A stretch of DNA of 43,462 bases, from positions 1 to 43,462 of IMG/VR virus record IMGVR_UViG_3300037484_001098; one strand, given 5' to 3'. This stretch comes from a virus. Its lineage: Duplodnaviria; Caudoviricetes. Below, in pieces: positions 8,562 to 17,549 of the stretch. A program made the position numbers and the translations under genes. Every line of letters begins with the position of its first letter. Within the stretch, counting starts at the first letter, position 1. Under the pieces are notes generated by a model that did no database searches, was not told the origin of the DNA, and saw nothing but the letters and a program-made list of their open reading frames with translations.

Positions 8562-9337
8562 AGTACATCAACCATATGACCACCTCTTCGGACGACGAAA
8601 AACACGAGGCGCTGATTGAGAAATGCGGCATGGCCGGATACGGCGCCTACTGGGTTGTGGTGGAGAAGATCGCGGCCCAGATCCGGCCCGAATGTGTATC
8701 TACTTCCTTGACCCTTTCCTGGAGAAACTGGGCCAGGCACCTGCGGGTAGATGATGTACGGACGGCGAAATATCTTATTAAAAATATAGCCGAAGTGGGG
8801 CTCATCTTACTCGAAATCCGGGAGATCAGCCCCACATCGACGCTCCCTGGCGGTCAAAGTGGGGCTCGTCATCGTTCGATCTCTCACCGATCTGAAAGCG
8901 AACTTGCAACGATAGGTGTACCTAACATATTGAAATATGGGGATGAGTATACCAAAAGAGTCGGGATAAAGTCCCGACAAACTCCCGACAAACTCCCGAC
9001 AGTATCGGGATCCCCGGCCTTACCGGCCTTACCGGCAGTACCGGAAGAACAAGATCTTAAACCTATTGCTCCGACTCCGGAGAAAGGAAACGGCTCCGGG
9101 TCGAAGCCGACGGCGTGGGTAAATCTCATTTCCTGGAATCGAGACAAGGGCTGCTTCGAAGGGATCACTCCGGAGATTGTCGAGAAGTGGGAGAAGGCGT
9201 ACCCAGCGGTGGATCTCAACTCCCAACTGAATCGGGCCGACGAATGGCTCAAGGCGAATCCCACGAAGCAGAAAAAAAACTACTACCGGTTCGTCATCAA
9301 CTGGCTCGCAAGGGCGCAGGAAAGGGGCGGAAGGTGA
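8558..9337 (+). CDS. Replication initiator (DUF4373/Lin1244-like N-terminus)
   Basis: H...SSDDEK..LI..GM.GYG.YW.VVE.IA N-terminus; C-terminal W..AYP.VD..EWL.ANP..K....F..NWL; internal iterons. Confidence 0.75.
   Translation: MKYINHMTTSSDDEKHEALIEKCGMAGYGAYWVVVEKIAAQIRPECVSTSLTLSWRNWARHLRVDDVRTAKYLIKNIAEVGLILLEIREISPTSTLPGGQSGARHRSISHRSESELATIGVPNILKYGDEYTKRVGIKSRQTPDKLPTVSGSPALPALPAVPEEQDLKPIAPTPEKGNGSGSKPTAWVNLISWNRDKGCFEGITPEIVEKWEKAYPAVDLNSQLNRADEWLKANPTKQKKNYYRFVINWLARAQERGGR
8960..9045 (+). repeat. Iteron cluster, putative replication origin
   Basis: TCCCGACAAAC at 8972 and 8983, TCCCGACA at 8994, inverted GTCGGGA/TCGGGA at 8960 and 9005; 9-bp CCGGCCTTA-type repeats downstream. Confidence 0.7.
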
Positions 9338-9753
9338 TGGATTACGCAAGGGCGGTGCGGAAAGCGCAGCTGGAGGTGGATCAGGAGGCCTCTGGAAATA
9401 AAGGGATCCCAGGGCAATGCTCCTTCGCGTCCCACAACGGGCAATGTGGACTGCGGGGCTCCATCGGCAACGCGGGGCCGAAGGGGGACCGGTGGTACTG
9501 CGCGTTTCACAACCGCGTCCTATGCCGGACTTGTGATGGAGAAGTATTGATCCAAAACAGCATCGGCGGATTGCGCCGGGTGATCCGGATCGAGCGCGAG
9601 CAAGGCGCCACCAGGTGGGACCATCGGACGGTTGAGCAATGGTGGGAGCGAGCGGAGGGCACGGTTCAACCACAGGAATGCCTGAATGTTCCAGACGAGA
9701 AAGGTCCGAACAGCGGGGTAATGGACGATCAACTAAACCTCATCAGCACGTGA
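9337..9753 (+). CDS. Hypothetical Cys/His-rich replication-module protein
   Basis: TGATG coupling to the initiator; C..C..WYC.FH. Confidence 0.6.
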   Translation: MDYARAVRKAQLEVDQEASGNKGIPGQCSFASHNGQCGLRGSIGNAGPKGDRWYCAFHNRVLCRTCDGEVLIQNSIGGLRRVIRIEREQGATRWDHRTVEQWWERAEGTVQPQECLNVPDEKGPNSGVMDDQLNLIST

Positions 9754-9808
9754 CAAAGCCGTACGCAGTAAAAAGGTTTCCCACCCCCAGACCACAAGGA
9801 GGCTCCAA

Positions 9809-10066
9809 ATGCCGAACGTGAAGATGTTCATCCGCAACGTGTCCTACAGGCTCCGGCAGACCAAGGATGGCCCCACGCAGTACGCCCGCGGCGAGTTCCA
9901 CATCGAGATCGACGGGACTGAGACGAAGGCCGCCGTAGACGAGCTCACCGACGGGCAGAAGGGCGCCTTCATCGCAAACATCGAAGTGGAGCAGCCGTCG
10001 CTGCCGCTGGGTGTGGAGGCTGGGAACGCGCCATCGGTACGCAGGAGGGGAGGGGCCGCCGCGTAG
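9809..10066 (+). CDS. Hypothetical protein
   Basis: AAGGAGG RBS. Confidence 0.6.
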   Translation: MPNVKMFIRNVSYRLRQTKDGPTQYARGEFHIEIDGTETKAAVDELTDGQKGAFIANIEVEQPSLPLGVEAGNAPSVRRRGGAAA

Positions 10067-10530
10067 TGACCCGCTTCACGCAACTCCCCTGGGCGCGCGA
10101 GGTCCGCAAAGGATCCGGCGCCCTGAAGAACTGGGAGACGAGCGAAGTAATGGAGCCCGTCCGGCAGGTGTGCCGGCGGCTCCACCTCCACTGCGAGCGC
10201 AACAACACGGGGTTCGCTCGAGGGCTCAAGAACGCTGGCGTCATGAAGCTGCACACCGCGGGTACGTGGGACCTGACGGTCTACCTTCCGGACGCCGGCT
10301 GTGCCGTGCAGGTGGAATGCAAGATGGCCGGCGAGGGCCTCGAGCCCGACCAGGTGGAGTGGGCGAAGATCTACCGCGCCTGCGGCTTCGAGCTGATCGT
10401 GGCCACGAGCGTGCAGCAGTTCGTAAGCGAGCTCAACGAAATCAAGGCGAGGAGGTCCCATGAACGGACGTGTCGCGAAGCGGTTGCGCCGGGAGGCGGA
10501 GCGCATGACGCCGACGCAGCCCGAGCGTAG
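10066..10530 (+). CDS. VRR-NUC-like endonuclease
   Basis: G..DL...........ECK..G..L...Q..W motif. Confidence 0.75.
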   Translation: MTRFTQLPWAREVRKGSGALKNWETSEVMEPVRQVCRRLHLHCERNNTGFARGLKNAGVMKLHTAGTWDLTVYLPDAGCAVQVECKMAGEGLEPDQVEWAKIYRACGFELIVATSVQQFVSELNEIKARRSHERTCREAVAPGGGAHDADAARA

Positions 10531-10624
10531 GTATGCGAGCCATAGCCCGCTCCGTCTGGCGGACTGCACGCGGGCGGTGTACCAGCAGATCAAGGCGGGA
10601 TGGAAGCGGGGGCGGCGTGCCTGA
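10460..10624 (+). CDS. Small basic hypothetical protein
   Basis: AGGAGG RBS; MNGRVAKRLRR. Confidence 0.5.
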   Translation: MNGRVAKRLRREAERMTPTQPERRYASHSPLRLADCTRAVYQQIKAGWKRGRRA

Positions 10625-10838
10625 CCGCGAGTGCCTCCGCTGTGAGGGGACGGGTGTTTTCCTCGCCACGCTCCCGGACGAGGAGGAGGGCAGGGTGTTC
10701 CCGTGCCACGGCTGCGGCGGGGCAGGAAGGATTCCAACAACCAGTGAAGGAGGAGGCGATGGCGAAGAGGGACAAGAAGACCACGGGTGCGGCGGGGCAG
10801 GAAGCGGTCAACGAGACACCGGAGGCGCTGCCGCCTGA
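10617..10838 (+). CDS. Small zinc-ribbon protein (DnaJ-type CxxCxGxG)
   Basis: CLRCEGTG ... CHGCGGAG. Confidence 0.5.
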   Translation: MPDRECLRCEGTGVFLATLPDEEEGRVFPCHGCGGAGRIPTTSEGGGDGEEGQEDHGCGGAGSGQRDTGGAAA

Positions 10839-11316
10839 GGATCTGCGGGAGACCGCAGAGGACGCGGGAGAGATCAAGCCGGACGAGGCTCTGCCGTCTC
10901 TCGGTGAACTGGCGGAGACCGTCGCTTCCGGAGAAGCAACGCCGGGCGGAGAACTGACCGAAGAGGAGATCGTGCAGCTCACGCCTGACCAAGTGGCCGA
11001 CCTGTCCGTGCCCCCCGAGGAGCAGGCGATCGCGTCCGATCCTCCGCCCACGGATGTTCCACGTGAAACCGAAAACGCGCCCACGTCGCTGCTACAGGCA
11101 ATCGTCCTGGGCCAGCTGGATCCCGCAACGCCGATCACCGGCGCGCGCGCCAGCTTCTGCTACCGCAAGAACAAGTGGCGGGACGCGGTCGCGCTGCGCG
11201 CCAGTGTGGACGCAGGCGGGAAGGTGCTGATCGACCTGGAGTGGGGCGACCACGACGCCGTCGTGGGGGTTCCCTTCGGAGATGCTGTCGGCTGCTGGAA
11301 GTTCCGCGCGGAGTAA
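10759..11316 (+). CDS. Acidic hypothetical protein
   Basis: AGGAGG RBS; long Glu/Pro-rich N-terminus. Confidence 0.6.
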   Translation: MAKRDKKTTGAAGQEAVNETPEALPPEDLRETAEDAGEIKPDEALPSLGELAETVASGEATPGGELTEEEIVQLTPDQVADLSVPPEEQAIASDPPPTDVPRETENAPTSLLQAIVLGQLDPATPITGARASFCYRKNKWRDAVALRASVDAGGKVLIDLEWGDHDAVVGVPFGDAVGCWKFRAE

Positions 11317-11747
11317 TGTACCCGTCCGTGGGCGCCGCGGTGTGGGCGATGGTGCGGTGGCGGGAGCGGTGCCGTGCAGCGAAGGCGGCGCCGTTCCCCG
11401 ACCACGTTCCGAAAGGGGCCAGCACGTACGACCGGTGGCGGTACATCTACGTCAGCCCGACCCGCTGCTTTGCTCACCCGGAGCCGGATGACGATCGAGA
11501 CCCTGAGACGGTGCACGTTTTGTTTGCCCGGTACGACCGACGCCAGGCGCTGACACGGTTGCTCATCAAGGGCCAGTCGCTGGACGATTTCGGCGGAAGC
11601 GAGCGCCGGAGGGCGCGCAAGGCGCGGAACCATTTCATCCGGGAACTGTGTCACCGAGGGTTGCTCCTGCACCCCCGAAAAGGCTGTTTTCAGAATGCCA
11701 ATAATCAATGTCCCCGATTTCCGCGCCAGGACTGGACGGGTGGCTGA
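11316..11747 (+). CDS. Putative late-gene regulator (Q position)
   Basis: Last gene before the late promoter/terminator; basic C-terminus; function inferred from position only. Confidence 0.4.
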   Translation: MYPSVGAAVWAMVRWRERCRAAKAAPFPDHVPKGASTYDRWRYIYVSPTRCFAHPEPDDDRDPETVHVLFARYDRRQALTRLLIKGQSLDDFGGSERRRARKARNHFIRELCHRGLLLHPRKGCFQNANNQCPRFPRQDWTGG

Positions 11748-11751
11748 AAAT

Positions 11752-11846
11752 AATACTTGACGATTTCCGGAAAACCGGGTAGTTGTCAAGATATTGAGAA
11801 TTGTCACCAGGCCCCGCGGGAGAAATCCCCCGGGGCTTTTGTATTT
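11752..11846 (+). promoter_or_regulatory. Putative late promoter plus attenuator terminator (pR'/tR'-like)
   Basis: TTGACG at 11757; inverted repeat AATACTTGAC...GTCAAGATATT; hairpin GCCCCG..GAAA..CGGGGC-TTTT at 11811-11840 before TerS. Confidence 0.55.
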
Positions 11847-11857
11847 CCGGAGGCGGC

Positions 11858-12274
11858 ATGACCGACCACAACAGGGCTCGCAATAAGAAAGTCTTCCTCA
11901 AGATCCTCGCCCTGCAGGCGGGGAACGTGACGAAGGCGTGCGCGGCCGCGAAGGTCTGGCGGGGAACCTACTACCTCTGGGCCAAGGAGGATCCGGAGTT
12001 CGCCCAGGCGGTGCAGCACGCCAAGGAGTCGTGCAAGGACTTCTTCGAAGGACTGTTGCTCAAGGAGGCAAAAGCCGGGAATACCACCGCGATCATGGGC
12101 TGGCTCAACGCGAACGCGAAGGACCGAGGGTACGGCTACAACCGCGTCGAGCATTCCGGTCCGGGCGGAGGGCCGATCCAGCACGTAGACCTCTCCGGGA
12201 AAACCCCCGCGCAGATCCGCGAGATCATGCGCGCGGAGGTCGTCGCCAGGCAGGGCAAGCAATCCGGTGGTTGA
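11858..12274 (+). CDS. terS: Terminase small subunit
   Basis: HTH GNVTKAC.AA.V.R.TYY.W..EDPEF; C-terminal VEHSGPGGGPIQH. Confidence 0.85.
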   Translation: MTDHNRARNKKVFLKILALQAGNVTKACAAAKVWRGTYYLWAKEDPEFAQAVQHAKESCKDFFEGLLLKEAKAGNTTAIMGWLNANAKDRGYGYNRVEHSGPGGGPIQHVDLSGKTPAQIREIMRAEVVARQGKQSGG

Positions 12275-12992
12275 CCTCGGGACCCTATTTGATCACCGCA
12301 CGGAGCGGGAGTGGGCGGAATACGCCCGCAAGCTTGATCAGAGCGCGACCCTGCAGGCGTGCGAGACGGCGCTGGCCGCGCAGAGCCCGTATTACTGGAT
12401 CTGGCACCCCCTGCAGTGGGTGTGGACGAAGGACGAGTACGACGAGAAGGTGGCCTACAAGCCTTTCCCGTACGAGCCCGCCCTGGTGGAGATCCTCGAG
12501 GAGATCCACGAGCACCCCGTGACGTTTATCGCGAAGAGCCGGCAGCTTGTGGTTACGTGGCTCATATGCGCGTACCTGTGCTGGTGGGCGCGGTTCAGGG
12601 ACTCTCAGCTGTGCATGATCCAGAGCAAGAAGGAGGACGACGCCGCCAACCTGGTATACGCCAAGGAGGCGGGCGTCGGGCGCATCGACTTCATTGAGAC
12701 CCGGCTGCCGTTCTGGATGCAGGTCCCCCGGCTCAACGCCTTCGGGGAGATCGTCTATCGGCATAACGGATCCAAGATCATGGGCGTCCCCCAGGGCGGG
12801 GACATCGTCCGGTCGAACACGGTCAGCCTCTACTTCGGCGACGAGGCGGCGTTTCAACCCGAGTTCAAGAACGCCTACCGGGCCGCGAAGCAGTGCGCGC
12901 GCAAGATCGTGGCGGTGTCGTCCGCGGAGCCGTCGGACTTCGGTGTCATGGGCGAGTTCCAGTCTCTGGTCTCCCTGGGGGCGGTCGGGTGA
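12267..12992 (+). CDS. terL: Terminase large subunit, ATPase half
   Basis: KSRQ Walker A (KSRQLVVTW), Walker B LYFGDEAAF, motif III VSSA. Confidence 0.85.
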   Translation: MVDLGTLFDHRTEREWAEYARKLDQSATLQACETALAAQSPYYWIWHPLQWVWTKDEYDEKVAYKPFPYEPALVEILEEIHEHPVTFIAKSRQLVVTWLICAYLCWWARFRDSQLCMIQSKKEDDAANLVYAKEAGVGRIDFIETRLPFWMQVPRLNAFGEIVYRHNGSKIMGVPQGGDIVRSNTVSLYFGDEAAFQPEFKNAYRAAKQCARKIVAVSSAEPSDFGVMGEFQSLVSLGAVG

Positions 12993-13918
12993 AAGGTATC
13001 AAGAAGTGGGACACCGCCTCCGGCATCCGGTCGATCGAGTTGCATTACAGCGCCTTCCGGGGCCGGGATCCCGAGACGGCGGAAGGGCGGGAGTGGAAGG
13101 AGGCCAAGCTCCGGGGAGTGCCGGGCGGGGAGCTGTCCTCCGATTGGCGCAAGGAGCAGGAGATCGACTTCTCGATCCGCTCCGGGATGCCGGTCTACCT
13201 GACCTATCGCCGGCAGCTGCACGTGGCGCCGGGACCGATCTCGCCAGTGAAGGACATCCCGATGCTTCGGGGATGGGACTTCGGCGGCACCCCGGCGGCT
13301 GCCATCTGCCAGCTGACGCCGATGCACCTGAACGTGTTCCCGAGCCTCTACGTGCCCAACAGCTCGTTCATGGGCATCAAGCGGTTCGGCACGCGGGTGC
13401 TGGAGCACTGCACGCCGCAGTATCCGGGCTTTTCGTGGGTCGAGTACATCGATCCGGCCGGGAACGCGAAGGGGCAGACCGACGAAAAAACATGCCGGAG
13501 CGTTCTCGAAAGCCCAACGACCCATCCCGACGAACACCTACGCGGGTTCGGTCTCAAGGTGGAGCTGGGCGAGGTCACCTGGGCGGGCCGGTTCAAGGCG
13601 ATGGAGGCCGTCCTGGGGCGGCTCTCCGACGACGGGCGGGCGTTTCTGCAGATCGATCCGCGGGAGCGGTTCCTGATCGAGGCGTTCGAAGGCGGGTACC
13701 AGCGCACGAAGCGGCCGCAGTCGGGCCTGTACGACGACGATCCGGCGAAGAACGAGTTCAGCCACCTGATGAACGCACTCGAGTACGTCGTCTCCCGGGT
13801 GATCGCGGGCGTGCCGACGGGGAAGCCCGTCAAGCAGCAGACCCGCGCGGAGACGGTTTTCGACATCTTCAATCCGAACGAGCTCTCCGGTCAGTACCAG
13901 CAGGACGCGGAGACGTAG
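12989..13918 (+). CDS. terL: Terminase large subunit, lid plus RNase H-like nuclease half
   Basis: GTG overlapping upstream TGA; W.KE.EIDF, RGWDFG, YIDPAG, KNEFSHLMNALEY. Confidence 0.85.
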   Translation: MKGIKKWDTASGIRSIELHYSAFRGRDPETAEGREWKEAKLRGVPGGELSSDWRKEQEIDFSIRSGMPVYLTYRRQLHVAPGPISPVKDIPMLRGWDFGGTPAAAICQLTPMHLNVFPSLYVPNSSFMGIKRFGTRVLEHCTPQYPGFSWVEYIDPAGNAKGQTDEKTCRSVLESPTTHPDEHLRGFGLKVELGEVTWAGRFKAMEAVLGRLSDDGRAFLQIDPRERFLIEAFEGGYQRTKRPQSGLYDDDPAKNEFSHLMNALEYVVSRVIAGVPTGKPVKQQTRAETVFDIFNPNELSGQYQQDAET

Positions 13919-13924
13919 GAGGCG

Positions 13925-14323
13925 GTGGTGGGTTTTTTCGACAGCATGAATCCCTTCAAGGGTGAGTTCTGGACCGACAACAAGATTTTATCCCCCTCGA
14001 ACCTCGTCACGGGCGGGGGAAGGAACCTGGTCGGCAGTCTCTTCAAGAGAGGTGGCGGCACCTTCGCGGATACGTACTACAAGCCGCTCACTCCAGGCGG
14101 CAAACAGGACGTAAAGACCGCCAACGACAGGGCCACCGCCAACGCCAATGCCTCGGCGGACGCGAAGATTCGGCAGGCGGAGTACGAGGAGCAGGCGGCG
14201 ATGGGCGCGCAGCGTACCCGGGCGAAGCGCCGGCGGGGGTTCTCGTCGACGATATTGACCGGTGGGCCGACAACGCTGGACGGCGGATCCGCCTATTCCG
14301 GCAAGACCCTGCTGGGAGAATGA
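13925..14323 (+). CDS. Small pre-portal virion-associated protein
   Basis: C-terminal RRRG.SSTILTG...KTLLG typical of the gene before the portal in BPP-1-like podoviruses. Confidence 0.65.
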   Translation: MVGFFDSMNPFKGEFWTDNKILSPSNLVTGGGRNLVGSLFKRGGGTFADTYYKPLTPGGKQDVKTANDRATANANASADAKIRQAEYEEQAAMGAQRTRAKRRRGFSSTILTGGPTTLDGGSAYSGKTLLGE

Positions 14324-14327
14324 TCCG

Positions 14328-16037
14328 ATGATCGATCACGCGGGACTTGTGAAGCTGAAAGACCGCTACGCCGTCCTCGAGACCGAACGATACCCGGCGC
14401 TCACCCGTTGGATGGAGAACGCCGACTACGTCATGCCCGGCAAGGCGAACCTGGCAGGGCGGTACTCCCCGTATCAGAAGATGACGCAGAAGCTCTTCGA
14501 CGGCACCGCCATCCACGCCAACGAGATCCTGGCGGCGACGATGGCCGGAGCCATGACGAACCGCACGATGCGCTGGTTCACCTTGAAGTTCCGCAACCCG
14601 CGCCTCAACGATCTGAAGACCGCTGCGGAGTGGGCGGACGAGTGCACCGAGGACCTGTACTTCGCGCTCGCAGATTCGAACTTTTACTCCGAGATCCATG
14701 AGAACTATCTCGATCTTGGGGCGTTTGCCACCTGCTCGAACCTGATCGAGGAGGGCAGCTCTCCGGGATCCTTGCGGTTCACCGCGGTCAACGTGGGCGA
14801 TTACTGCGCCGCCGAGGACCACATGCGGCGCGTGAACACGATCTTTCGGAAGATCTCTATGTCCGCGGCGCAGATCGTCGATCGGTGGGGGAAGAGCAAG
14901 GTCTCCGCCGAGGTCCGGCGCGTATCCGAGAGCTCGGAGAAGGACAAGAAGTTCGACATCCTGCACGTCGTGGAGCCGCGTGAGGGCGGGAGACAAGGCC
15001 GCGGGCAGCTGGCAATCGACATGCCGTACGCCTGCTACTACTTCGAGTTCGAGCCCATCCACCTGCTCGAGGAGGGCGGATACCAGGAGTGGCCGATCCC
15101 CACCAACCGGTGGAGGAAGGCTTCCGGAGAGACGTACGGCCGCGGACCGTCCGACACGGCGCTCCCCGACATCAAGACACTCAACAAGGTCGTCGAGGAA
15201 AAGCTGATGGCGGCGCCGCTGTCGATGCGGCCTCCACTGCTGGTGCCCGAGGGTGGGGTGATCGGAAAGGTGCGGCTGACGCCGGCGGCGCTGAACGTGG
15301 TGAAAACCTCGCTCCCGGGCATGGGCCAGCACTTCAACCCTCCAATTAAGCCGCTGCTCACCGGTTCGGATTTCCGCGTGCCGGAGCTGCTCGAGGATAG
15401 GCTCGAGCAGAAGATCTACCGGGTCTACTACTACGACCTTTTCACCCTCCCCGATTCCGGCCCGCAGATGACGGCGCGCGAGGTCACCATCCGGGACGAG
15501 CGGAACCAGCGGGCGCTGGGCCCCACGGTGGGGCGCCTTGAGGACGAGCTCTTCAACCCGGTCATCAAGCGGATCTTCGGGATCCGGTTCCGCGCGGGGA
15601 TGCTTCCGAAGGCCCCGCCGGAGGTCATGCGCGCCATCCAGGAGGGCGGCGGGCAGATCGACATCGAGTACCAGGGGCCGCTTGCACGGGCGCAGCGCTC
15701 CGGAGACTCCATGGCGATCGAGCGGTGGGCGTCCCTGTGGATCGAGGCTTCGCTCAAGATGCAGGATCCGTCCGTGCTCGACGTAGCGAACTTCGATGAA
15801 ATGGGCTGGGTCACCGCCGATACCAGCGGCGTCCCGTCGAAGGTCATGCGCAGCAAAGACGAGGTCCAGCAGATCCGCAAGGAGCGCGCGGACGAAGCAG
15901 CCCGGCAGAAGGCAATCGACGAGCGCCTGGCGGCGGCGCAGGAGATGAAGGACAAGGCTCCGTACCTCAAGGCTACGGCCGAAGGCGGCGAGGAACCGAC
16001 GCAGGCGGCGCTCCCGGCAGCCGCGGGGATGATGTAG
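14328..16037 (+). CDS. Portal (head-to-tail connector, T7 gp8/BPP-1 type)
   Basis: LFDGTA..A..LAA, W F.L, SNFY.EIHE.Y.DL..F, RW....GE.YGRGP...ALPDIK.LN, MTA.EV..R..E....LGP. Confidence 0.93.
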   Translation: MIDHAGLVKLKDRYAVLETERYPALTRWMENADYVMPGKANLAGRYSPYQKMTQKLFDGTAIHANEILAATMAGAMTNRTMRWFTLKFRNPRLNDLKTAAEWADECTEDLYFALADSNFYSEIHENYLDLGAFATCSNLIEEGSSPGSLRFTAVNVGDYCAAEDHMRRVNTIFRKISMSAAQIVDRWGKSKVSAEVRRVSESSEKDKKFDILHVVEPREGGRQGRGQLAIDMPYACYYFEFEPIHLLEEGGYQEWPIPTNRWRKASGETYGRGPSDTALPDIKTLNKVVEEKLMAAPLSMRPPLLVPEGGVIGKVRLTPAALNVVKTSLPGMGQHFNPPIKPLLTGSDFRVPELLEDRLEQKIYRVYYYDLFTLPDSGPQMTAREVTIRDERNQRALGPTVGRLEDELFNPVIKRIFGIRFRAGMLPKAPPEVMRAIQEGGGQIDIEYQGPLARAQRSGDSMAIERWASLWIEASLKMQDPSVLDVANFDEMGWVTADTSGVPSKVMRSKDEVQQIRKERADEAARQKAIDERLAAAQEMKDKAPYLKATAEGGEEPTQAALPAAAGMM

Positions 16038-16038
16038 C

Positions 16039-16353
16039 GTGGCGGTCCCCCCGGGCGATCCCCGGATCGAAGAAGCGCTGCGACGGCAGGAGGAAGATGA
16101 ACGTCAGCGGGAAGAGGCCGCCCGCGAGAAGCAGATTCGGCGGTGCTACGTCGGCGTGTTTACTTCGCGGGATGGTCGGGAGGTCCTGAAAGACCTGCGA
16201 AAGCAGTTCTACGATGTGTCGACCTACGTCCCCGGCGATCCGTACGGCACGCATGTCGCCGAGGGAGGCCGCGAGGTGGTCATGCGGATCCTGACGATAC
16301 TCTCTGAAGAGGCGGATGGTCCGAAGGAGAAGCAGGAGTCGGCGGAAACATAG
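16039..16353 (+). CDS. Bbp19-like protein
   Basis: F.S.DG..VL.DL..........DP..T...EG.R.V..RI; lies between portal and scaffold. Confidence 0.75.
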   Translation: MAVPPGDPRIEEALRRQEEDERQREEAAREKQIRRCYVGVFTSRDGREVLKDLRKQFYDVSTYVPGDPYGTHVAEGGREVVMRILTILSEEADGPKEKQESAET

Positions 16354-16363
16354 CATCCATCAA

Positions 16364-16389
16364 CCGGGCAACCCCCTTGCGGGGTCCGG
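16364..16389 (+). promoter_or_regulatory. Bulged RNA hairpin abutting the scaffold SD
   Basis: CCGG-GCAA-CCCC-loop-GGGG-T-CCGG immediately followed by AAGGAGG. Confidence 0.6.
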
Positions 16390-16401
16390 AAGGAGGCAAC
16401 A

Positions 16402-17343
16402 ATGCCTGACGCACCGCCTGCACCCCCCGGAGCACCGCCCGCACCGCCCGCCACGCCGCCCCCAGGGGCGCCGCCGGCTCCACCCCCCGGGACACCCCCG
16501 GGAACGCCGCCTGGTACGCCTCCGGGCGCACCTCCGGCGCCACCCGCCGCGAACCCGTACCCGCCGACCGACTGGCGGCACACCGTGTTCCCCGGGATAT
16601 CGGGGGACGAGAAGGCGCTAAAGGTCCTCGACAAGTTCAAGGACCAGGCGGCCTTCGTGAAGAGCCACGCGGAACTCGAATCGTTCCAGGGATCCTCGGT
16701 CCGGGTCCCCAAGGACGACGCAAAACCGGAGGAGTGGTCTGCGTTCTACGGGAAACTCGGCCGTCCGGCGTCGGCCGCGGAGTACAAGTTCGAGCGTCCC
16801 AAGCTTCCCGAGGGAGTGAAGCTCGATCCGGGCCTCGAAGAGGCGTTCCTGCAGATGTCCTTCGAAGAGGGTCTCACCAATAAGCAGGTGGAGATCCGCT
16901 TCAGGAACGCGGCGAAGATGGCGGTCGCCGAGGCTGAGCGCACAATGCTTTCCCGGCGGAACGCCGAAGCGGCGCTGAACAAGGAGTGGGGCATGGAAGC
17001 CGGGAAGCGGCTCGCCATGGCCAAGAAGGCTGCGGAGGTCCTCGGGCCTGATTTCGTCGAGATGCTCAAGAGCACGAAGCTCGCCGACGGGTCGCTTCTG
17101 GGGAACCACCCGGGGATGTCGAAAGCGCTCTACGGCCTGGGCTTGATGAGCCAGGAGGCCGGGTGGGTGGTCGCCGAGGTAGACGGCATCACGACCGCCG
17201 ACGGGGCGAAGGTCGAGGTCGAAAAGCTCATGAAGCATCCGGCGTACTTCGACAATACCAAGCCGGAGCACAAGGAGATCGTCGAGAAGGTCAACAGGCT
17301 CCAGCAACTGCGGTACGGTACCGGAACGCAAGCAGTCGCTTGA
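16402..17343 (+). CDS. Capsid scaffolding protein
   Basis: Pro-rich N-terminus; FY.KLGRP....Y, L.KEWG, GNHP motifs; sits upstream of the capsid gene. Confidence 0.8.
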   Translation: MPDAPPAPPGAPPAPPATPPPGAPPAPPPGTPPGTPPGTPPGAPPAPPAANPYPPTDWRHTVFPGISGDEKALKVLDKFKDQAAFVKSHAELESFQGSSVRVPKDDAKPEEWSAFYGKLGRPASAAEYKFERPKLPEGVKLDPGLEEAFLQMSFEEGLTNKQVEIRFRNAAKMAVAEAERTMLSRRNAEAALNKEWGMEAGKRLAMAKKAAEVLGPDFVEMLKSTKLADGSLLGNHPGMSKALYGLGLMSQEAGWVVAEVDGITTADGAKVEVEKLMKHPAYFDNTKPEHKEIVEKVNRLQQLRYGTGTQAVA

Positions 17344-17349
17344 TCGACA

Positions 17350-17510
17350 GCCCCGCGGGGAACCCGAGAGGGTCCGCGGCGTGCCTGGGCGGCCACGATA
17401 GAGCCGCCCGCCCTGTTCCTTTCCCGGGCAACCCCTCCGTGGGTCCGGACCGTCCTTGAGACGGTCTCGGGCAGGTCCGCGCTTTGCGGGCAACCTCCCA
17501 GGCCGAAGGC
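17350..17510 (+). ncRNA. Structured capsid-gene leader RNA (candidate cis-regulatory element)
   Basis: Several predicted hairpins; three copies of the G(C/G)AA-bulge motif; possible long-range pairing GCCTGGG 17383-89 / CCCAGGC 17497-503. Confidence 0.55.
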
Positions 17511-17549
17511 TTCAACATCCTCACCCACTTCGGAAGGAGGTTCCACCCG

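Noticed and set aside
16405-16560. Tandem repeat or CRISPR-like array
   Set aside because: It is low-complexity Pro-rich coding sequence (PPG(A/T) units) of the scaffold protein, with no spacer structure
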